A DNA stretch of 64,000 nt from an uncultured virus (IMG/VR IMGVR_UViG_3300035696_002359) (taxonomy: Duplodnaviria > Heunggongvirae > Uroviricota > Caudoviricetes), in IMG/VR virus record IMGVR_UViG_3300035696_002359. The stretch is one strand, 5' to 3'. Shown piece after piece: positions 58,118 through 64,000 of this stretch. The position numbers and the translations under genes were made by a program. The notes under the pieces are model-generated. The model saw only the letters and a list, made by a program, of their open reading frames with translations. It had not been told where the DNA came from and ran no database searches. Within the stretch, counting starts at the first letter, position 1, and each line of letters begins with the position of its first letter.

Positions 58118-58636
58118 ATGTGCCAAGAACCCAACGACCTGGAGGACGACGATTGGGAGGATGACGATTGGGACCGAGATGACTGGGATGACGAATGGGA
58201 GGAACCACAAGAGGAACGAGAAATGAAACCCATCCCTGAAAACGCCAAGGTCGCTTTGATTGGCGTGGTTTTTCGCTACGGAAATGATGAACAACCGTGG
58301 CTGGTTCAGGACAACCGCAAGGCGTTGAAGAACGAGTTTCCGTGTGGCGCGAAAGCCGACGTGCTGAACAAGATCGCCGAAATCCTGGACGACATGTGCA
58401 ATCCCCCAAGCAAATTGGATCAGGACAGTGACCCTGCCGAGGTCACGGTGGTGGTGACGTTGCGGGCAAGCCTATGCGATTTGGAGAATCAGGTCAACAT
58501 CCTGGACCTGCGGAGGGCAGCAGCCGAGGCCGTGGGAAATGCCGTTCATCATCACGAGGAGGCGGGCTTCGATCACTTCCTCGCCGACATAGTGTCCCTC
58601 GGTGTGGTAGAAGTTCGGACCGTCAGCGTGGAATAG
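58118..58636 (+). CDS. Hypothetical protein with acidic (D/E-W) N-terminal repeats
   Basis: AAGGAG RBS; EDDDWEDDDWDRDDWDDEW. Confidence 0.6.
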   Translation: MCQEPNDLEDDDWEDDDWDRDDWDDEWEEPQEEREMKPIPENAKVALIGVVFRYGNDEQPWLVQDNRKALKNEFPCGAKADVLNKIAEILDDMCNPPSKLDQDSDPAEVTVVVTLRASLCDLENQVNILDLRRAAAEAVGNAVHHHEEAGFDHFLADIVSLGVVEVRTVSVE

Positions 58637-58645
58637 GAGGAGATC

Positions 58646-58825
58646 GTGAAGAGAATCTACTACGTCAGCTACACCTTTGGCGCCTCGATCCGTGTCGAAG
58701 CCGAAAGCGAAGACGAGGCGGAAGCCCTGGTCGAGGACATGGAAAACCAGGAACTCATGGACCTTGCCGCCGATGGGTTTGAGATCCAAGGCGTCGAAGA
58801 GGAGCGACCACATGCCAATGCTTGA
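58646..58825 (+). CDS. Small acidic protein (59 aa, below the ORF-track cutoff)
   Basis: AGGAGG RBS, GTG start; MKRIYYVSYTFGASIRVEAESEDEAEALV. Confidence 0.6.
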   Translation: MKRIYYVSYTFGASIRVEAESEDEAEALVEDMENQELMDLAADGFEIQGVEEERPHANA

Positions 58826-59279
58826 AGTATCCGTGCCTCGTAATCGCAGTCGGCGATTGCCCATCGACGCCTATGTGGTTGCATTCTCTGAGGTGGACCA
58901 CTACCAGATCAGGGAAGAGGACCGGCCCCACATTCAAGACATTCGCGGAGTTTACCTTTTCGACCGTCACGAACGAACATTTTGTTGTGAAATGACGCCG
59001 AGCTATTGGCTCATCCATCTCTACGACGAAGTCGTCTTGACCCCAGAAGCTCAGGAAGCACTTGACGAATTGGAGAAGGATACCATCTATCAGGAGTACG
59101 AGTATTGCGGCGGTGACGACATCTATGTCCACTGCCATACGATCGACGGCATGATCGAAGCTGACAAGCCAAACACCGTTTACCACTACGGTTGGACCGC
59201 CGTCAGATACCGCGACTCCGACCACGAGGAACAGATGGAAGGATTGAGAGAACATTTCTGCTGCAACCACTGCTTGTAG
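58812..59279 (+). CDS. Hypothetical protein (paralog of 54308-54988)
   Basis: VYLFDRHERTFCCEMTPSY. Confidence 0.65.
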   Translation: MPMLEVSVPRNRSRRLPIDAYVVAFSEVDHYQIREEDRPHIQDIRGVYLFDRHERTFCCEMTPSYWLIHLYDEVVLTPEAQEALDELEKDTIYQEYEYCGGDDIYVHCHTIDGMIEADKPNTVYHYGWTAVRYRDSDHEEQMEGLREHFCCNHCL

Positions 59280-59291
59280 AAGAGGGAACCA

Positions 59292-59558
59292 ATGCCGATC
59301 TTCCGCATCGAGCAATACGAAATTCATGTCCAGGGCTACAACGTCACAGCCGACAACGAGGCCGACGCAATCTCCAGGCTGTTTATGGGCGAAGGAGATC
59401 CAATTGACAATTCGCTGGAGTTCGTGGAGATAGCCGACGATCACGGGATGCCAGTGAACGAGAACCGAGACCTCGCGGACCAACTGTTTGATCGAGGCAC
59501 GATCAACGGCCATGACGAAATCATCCCCTCGATTCGTTGCATCGAGGAAGTCGAGTAG
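59292..59558 (+). CDS. Small acidic hypothetical protein
   Basis: YNVTADNEADAI resembles the VEAESEDEA motif of 58646-58825. Confidence 0.6.
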   Translation: MPIFRIEQYEIHVQGYNVTADNEADAISRLFMGEGDPIDNSLEFVEIADDHGMPVNENRDLADQLFDRGTINGHDEIIPSIRCIEEVE

Positions 59559-59577
59559 TGGACCAGCGGAGAGGAAC

Positions 59578-60525
59578 ATGGAAAAGAACGAAGCCACCGA
59601 AATCAACGACGTTGCCCCCAGCTCACTTTCCCATCTCATCGGGCAGCGCGGAGTAATCGACCAAGTGCGGGTTGCCATCGATGCTGCTCAGATGGACAAC
59701 AAGAAGTTCGATCATGCCCTGCTGGTCGGACCACCGGGCATGGGCAAGAGCGCCTTGGCGGCAGTCATCGCCCAAGAGATGGCGACCGACTTCCATGAAG
59801 TCTTGGGGCAAAGCATCAAGAACAATGCGGACCTCAACGTGTTGTTGCTGGCGGCGAAGGACAAGGATATCGTCCACATCGACGAATGCCACGAGCTTGC
59901 CAAGGAGTTTCAGACAGCTCTGTACCTCGCGGTCGACAAGCGAAAACTCATCATCCAGGGCGGGAAGACGCCGATGACGTTGCCGTTGGCCGACTTCAGT
60001 CTGTTGCTCAGCACGACCGATGAATATGGTCTTCTCCAACCCTGTCGGGACCGAATGAAGCTCCTGCTTCGCTTTCAGTTCTACGAAGAAGCCGATTTGA
60101 TCGAAGTGTTGCGGCATCGCAGCAAGGCCTTGCGATGGACCGTGGGCGACGTCGTTTTGCCGGAGATCGCCAAGCGCGCGAAAGGAACGCCGCGATTGGC
60201 ACTTCGTCTTTTGCAATCGGCCCGGCGCTGCGCAAGATCTGAAGGTGACAACGCGATCTCGCTCGAACATCTCCATCGGGCGTGTGCCTTGGAGCAGATC
60301 GACAATCTCGGGCTGGGACCGACCGAAAGGAAGTACCTCGCCATTCTCACGAACGGTACAACGCGGCTGAACGTTTTGGCGTCGATGTTGGGGCTGCCGT
60401 CTCGAACCGTGAGCGAGGTCACGGAACCGTTCTTGGTACGATCCGGTCTCATCATCAAAGACGATCAGGGCAGGCGGCAACTGACCCAGAAAGGCATGGA
60501 CCACTGTCATATTGGCGTCAAATAA
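59578..60525 (+). CDS. ruvB: RuvB-like Holliday-junction branch-migration AAA+ motor (element-borne paralog)
   Basis: LIGQ, DHALLVGPPGMGKS, IDECH, QPCRDR, KGTPRLALRLL, C-terminal wHTH EPFLVRSGLI..GRRQLT. Confidence 0.88.
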   Translation: MEKNEATEINDVAPSSLSHLIGQRGVIDQVRVAIDAAQMDNKKFDHALLVGPPGMGKSALAAVIAQEMATDFHEVLGQSIKNNADLNVLLLAAKDKDIVHIDECHELAKEFQTALYLAVDKRKLIIQGGKTPMTLPLADFSLLLSTTDEYGLLQPCRDRMKLLLRFQFYEEADLIEVLRHRSKALRWTVGDVVLPEIAKRAKGTPRLALRLLQSARRCARSEGDNAISLEHLHRACALEQIDNLGLGPTERKYLAILTNGTTRLNVLASMLGLPSRTVSEVTEPFLVRSGLIIKDDQGRRQLTQKGMDHCHIGVK

Positions 60526-60552
60526 GCGTCAGATTCGCGACAAAGGACCGTC

Positions 60553-61011
60553 ATGATTGATAAGATCACGCCCGTTGTCTCGGTTGCTGGTATGGCTCGA
60601 ATGGTGGGGCTCAGTCGCCAGCGATTTCATCAACTGATGAAGCAAGGCGTCTTCCCAGCCCCCGTCTATGATGTCCGAACCCGCCGACCGCACTACACCG
60701 AGGAGATGCAGAAAGTCTGCACGGCGGTCAGGGAGAAGAATGTCGGCATCAACGGTCGGGTGGTGCTTTTCTACGCCCGTCGTCCTGGGATCGTGCAACA
60801 AAAACAAATCAAATCCCACGGGTCCGCCTCGCACATGAGACCCCAGAGACATTCTGAGTTGATCGACGGACTCAAAGGGCTGGGACTGACGACCGTCACC
60901 GGGCAGCAGATTGAGGCGGCGCTGAAAGAGCTGTTTCCCAACGGCACCGCTGACGTGGGGGAAGCGGAGCTACTGCGGACCATCTTCGTTCACGTCATGC
61001 GACGGCATTAG
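60553..61011 (+). CDS. AlpA/MerR-like HTH fused to a RuvA-domain-III-like C-terminal bundle
   Basis: VSVAGMARMVGLSRQRFHQLMKQGVFPAP; C-terminal SELIDGLKGLGL..QIEAALKEL..EAELLRTIF. Confidence 0.6.
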   Translation: MIDKITPVVSVAGMARMVGLSRQRFHQLMKQGVFPAPVYDVRTRRPHYTEEMQKVCTAVREKNVGINGRVVLFYARRPGIVQQKQIKSHGSASHMRPQRHSELIDGLKGLGLTTVTGQQIEAALKELFPNGTADVGEAELLRTIFVHVMRRH

Positions 61012-61109
61012 GCGGAAAATCACGGGAGAAAATAACGAATTACTCCCCAGTGGACCCACTCTACCGTCAGATTTGGCGTCCATTTCCGTCAGATTCGGAG
61101 GGTTAATCT

Positions 61110-62021
61110 GTGAAGAATTCGGCAGTAAATCATTTCGATGGCATTCTGGTTGGTGAAGCCGAAGACCACCTGTTCGAGGCGTACTTGAACTCGAACGACT
61201 ATGCACCTGGTTCGCGGCGCGGGTACATCCTCGACCTTCGTGAGTTTGCCAAATGGTTCACGATGACCAACGGCGAGCGGTTCGTCATCGGCCGAGTCAC
61301 CACCCGCGACATCACCGATTTCAGAACGTACCTTCGGCGGGACCGTAATCAAGCCGTTGCCACCATCAACCGCAACCTGACCACGATCCGCAGGTTCTTC
61401 GGCTGGTTGGCCGAGCAGGGCCATGTCGCCGCCAATCCAGGCAAGCCCGTCAAGGATTTGAAGCGAACGGCGCTGGCTCCCAAAGGATTGGACAGAACTC
61501 AGGTAAGGAAATTGCTGCGGGAGATCGAACTCCGAAACGATCTTCGAGCCAATGCGATCTTTTCCGTGATACTCTACACGGGCTGTCGGGTTGGCGATCT
61601 TGTCGACTTGGACCTCCATGATCTTGTCATTGGCGAGCGAAGCGGCTCGGTTGTATTCAGATATGGGAAGGGGAACAAGCAAAGAGTCTGCCCCTTGCCC
61701 GTCGCTGCACGCCAAGCCATCGCCGCTTACCTTGCACAGCGACCACCCGTTCCATCGGGTCGGGTCTTCGTTGGTGAACGAGGACCATTGACCGACCGTG
61801 GCTTTCGGGCGATGTGCGACAAGTACGGCGCCATCTGCGGCTTCAAGCTGCATCCGCATCTGCTGAGGCACACGATGGCTCATCAGTACTTGGAGGACAA
61901 TCCCGGTGATTTGGTTGGGCTTTCTGCTCTGCTCGGGCATGAGTCGCTCAACACGACGGCACGGTACGTCAAGAAGAGCGAAGGGCAGTTGGCCGCGGCC
62001 ACCGACAAGCTGACATATTGA
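61110..62021 (+). CDS. XerC/D-like tyrosine recombinase
   Basis: SAM-like N-domain ([14 protein letters not shown]), [36 protein letters not shown]. Confidence 0.93.
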   Translation: MKNSAVNHFDGILVGEAEDHLFEAYLNSNDYAPGSRRGYILDLREFAKWFTMTNGERFVIGRVTTRDITDFRTYLRRDRNQAVATINRNLTTIRRFFGWLAEQGHVAANPGKPVKDLKRTALAPKGLDRTQVRKLLREIELRNDLRANAIFSVILYTGCRVGDLVDLDLHDLVIGERSGSVVFRYGKGNKQRVCPLPVAARQAIAAYLAQRPPVPSGRVFVGERGPLTDRGFRAMCDKYGAICGFKLHPHLLRHTMAHQYLEDNPGDLVGLSALLGHESLNTTARYVKKSEGQLAAATDKLTY

Positions 62022-62071
62022 TGGACCATTCCATCCTCCTGCTGCAACGATAATCTCCACTCAAGAGGACA

Positions 62072-62377
62072 ATGATGTCCACAGCCATCGCCAACGGGAC
62101 TATCGAAGCGGAACGAAAGGCGGCATCCGATGCTCGTGAGGTTCAGGATGGAGTGAACATCATCGCCATTGTCGGGGCGTTCCATCGACATTTGATTGCA
62201 ATGCGAGATGCTGGCGTTTGCGGCGACAATCTCAACAACCACCCCGTCTCCATTGCGTTCATCAGCAAATTGAACTCCCTTTGTCGTCTGACGAATGGGC
62301 GCGAGATAGCGGCTCTCATTGCCATCAACCGCATCGAGAATGGGGAGACCGTGGAATACGAAGTCATCCCGATCTGA
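62072..62377 (+). CDS. Hypothetical protein
   Basis: GAGG RBS; co-oriented. Confidence 0.6.
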   Translation: MMSTAIANGTIEAERKAASDAREVQDGVNIIAIVGAFHRHLIAMRDAGVCGDNLNNHPVSIAFISKLNSLCRLTNGREIAALIAINRIENGETVEYEVIPI

Positions 62378-62432
62378 TGGACCTCCTTGCTGAGTGCGAT
62401 TACATCAACACCCAATTCAAGGAGACAACGCA

Positions 62433-62846
62433 ATGGCATCGACTCGCTCAATTCGTCAGGGGCAAATCGAAATCGGCATTCTCGAACACGAAGGGCACGA
62501 GTTCGTCGCCTATGGAGCAACGGTTGTCCGGCGTGACATCACAGCCTACATCAAGTTCAAGCGCGGCCACTATTGGCTCACGTCTTGGGCTGGCGGGACC
62601 AAACTCGACTGCCGTTCCGAGGTAATCGAGAGATTCTGGGATGGCTCACTTGCTCTCATGTTCCGCCTGCCAAAAGGTCGGTTCATTGTCGGCTATGCTC
62701 TCGGCGACGATGGCATGTTGTTTCGGGGCGAGTTGATCGACGGTTGTGACGAAGACGATGCTCGTCATCATGCGATCATGCTCTCGCAGAATTGGGCGGA
62801 AGCGGACCAAATCGACGCAGAGGAGGCAGAACTCGCCGAAGCGTAA
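62433..62846 (+). CDS. Hypothetical protein
   Basis: AAGGAG RBS. Confidence 0.6.
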   Translation: MASTRSIRQGQIEIGILEHEGHEFVAYGATVVRRDITAYIKFKRGHYWLTSWAGGTKLDCRSEVIERFWDGSLALMFRLPKGRFIVGYALGDDGMLFRGELIDGCDEDDARHHAIMLSQNWAEADQIDAEEAELAEA

Positions 62847-62898
62847 ATGAACGGACCAGCATCCTCGGGCGTTCGGCAGAAACACCAAACGCCCGAGG

Positions 62899-63366
62899 AT
62901 GATTATGAATATCACGGTCTCAGTTGCCAACTGGCTAAGAAGTCGGAACAACGTCAATTCCGCCGTCCCTGTCATCGTGCAGATCGGTCATCGGACCTAT
63001 TCCGCAGTGCGATACATCGAGACCAGCAGAGGCTTTGACGAAACACGTCTCTACGTTCTTGGCACACTGCCGCCGTTGCATGACAAGATGCGGCGGCTCT
63101 GTTATCGGACCGACGACTCGGACTGCGACTGGCACATCATCGCCTGGTTCAGACAACGAACAGCCTGCACTGAGTGGCAGGAGGTGCATCCCTTTGGAAG
63201 CCACTTCATCCTCGCTCAGTGGTCACCGGTCGAGAATTGGGCCGCGGACCAATGTGACAAGAGGCCGTTTCGCCGCACTCCGATGAGCATCACGAACTGT
63301 GCTGGACCGACTGACGCTGATGTCAATCGGCCATCCGAGGAAAAGGACGATGGCAACTCGCATTGA
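62899..63366 (+). CDS. Hypothetical protein
   Basis: GAGG RBS; co-oriented. Confidence 0.5.
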   Translation: MIMNITVSVANWLRSRNNVNSAVPVIVQIGHRTYSAVRYIETSRGFDETRLYVLGTLPPLHDKMRRLCYRTDDSDCDWHIIAWFRQRTACTEWQEVHPFGSHFILAQWSPVENWAADQCDKRPFRRTPMSITNCAGPTDADVNRPSEEKDDGNSH

Positions 63367-63423
63367 TCGTCACCGGACCTTGGCTGTGCGATGTAAGCCA
63401 ACCACAACAACGGAGCAACGATC

Positions 63424-63732
63424 ATGTCCGCAATCGCCACCAAGCCGAAGTTTGTCCCAGGAGTCCTCCTTGCCACGCCCGGAGCATCAGAAGCATTCGA
63501 GAGGAATGGGCAGATGCCGTTCGAGTTTCTTCAACGCCACATCAATGGGGATTGGGGATCGGAACTCTGTCAGGAGGACCGCTTGCTGAATGACCAAGCC
63601 TTGATCGACGGTTCTCGATTGCTTAGCGCGTATCGCCTCAAGGATGGGACCAAGCTCTGGTGCATTACCGAAGCTGTCGGCGAGAACGACCGACGCGAAG
63701 CGACGACGTTTCTCCTGCCCGAGGAGTACTGA
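63424..63732 (+). CDS. Conserved plasmid/ICE small protein (GDWG..LLPEEY type)
   Basis: ATPGA..LQRHINGDWG..NDQAL..LLSAY..WCITE..TTFLLPEEY. Confidence 0.75.
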   Translation: MSAIATKPKFVPGVLLATPGASEAFERNGQMPFEFLQRHINGDWGSELCQEDRLLNDQALIDGSRLLSAYRLKDGTKLWCITEAVGENDRREATTFLLPEEY

Positions 63733-63766
63733 TTGGACCGAGTACCAGTTGAAAGGACACTGCACT

Positions 63767-63940
63767 ATGCCGACCACAGCAACGACTTTGTTCCGTAACT
63801 TCTACGAGTGTTCCGAGTGTGGCACACGTTGGACCGACGAGTGGGAATGCCAGTGCAATGATCGCTGCCCGAAGTGCTGCTGCGAAATCGAACCGTACGA
63901 CTCGGTAGAGATCGGACCACCGCCAATCCCAACCACCTGA
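63767..63940 (+). CDS. Small Zn-finger protein
   Basis: YECSECGTRWTDEWECQCNDRCPKC. Confidence 0.65.
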   Translation: MPTTATTLFRNFYECSECGTRWTDEWECQCNDRCPKCCCEIEPYDSVEIGPPPIPTT

Positions 63941-64000
63941 ATGAAAGGAAGAAGTCATGTGTGATGATGAGACCGAAATAGCCCGCCGGGAGATGGTCGC

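Noticed and set aside
59578..60525. Chromosomal ruvCAB locus marking a return to core genome
   Set aside because: No ruvA or ruvC is adjacent, the motifs are diverged, and the neighbours are mobile-element genes.
8704..64000. Intact prophage or complete conjugative ICE
   Set aside because: No terminase, capsid, tail, relaxase or T4SS genes recognised in the window; the element class cannot be fixed from this segment.

Overview
The whole window is accessory, mobile DNA, probably from a PVC-group (Planctomycetota-like) bacterium; this is inferred from gene style and is not proven. No housekeeping operons, phage structural genes or conjugation genes are visible. Left part (1-8.4 kb): a truncated OLD-family ATPase, a TM0106/RNase-H-like nuclease fused to an IS66-type DDE transposase, and a tyrosine integrase beside a tRNA-Gly 3' fragment with arm-like repeats on both sides and an IHF-consensus site. 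A second integrase sits back-to-back with a paralogous third integrase across an intact tRNA-Leu(TAG). From the tRNA-Leu to the right edge runs a >55 kb integrative element. It carries an integrase and excisionase, winged-helix Rep-like genes with 21-bp iteron-like repeats, three orphan DNA methyltransferases, an HNH protein, a P4/D5-type SF3 helicase, many small hypothetical genes, ArdC, and a RuvB / HTH-RuvA-CTD-like / tyrosine recombinase trio. A ~19 kb defence-type cargo (31.3-50.7 kb) holds four modules: (i) a DUF499/DUF3780-like/DUF1156/SNF2 restriction-like system with an inserted Fic gene and an in-frame methylase-helicase fusion; (ii) a sigma-like/small ORF/IrrE peptidase cassette; (iii) divergent from it, a ubiquitin-like (Ubl-E2-JAB/E1) operon; (iv) a three-gene operon of IrrE-macrodomain, NMP-kinase-PurZ0-like synthetase (GSEGKG in place of PurA GDEGKG) and a DarT-like ADP-ribosyltransferase-fold protein. 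The best candidates for undescribed systems are module (iv) and the RuvB trio. All family assignments come from motifs read by eye; no database searches were run.
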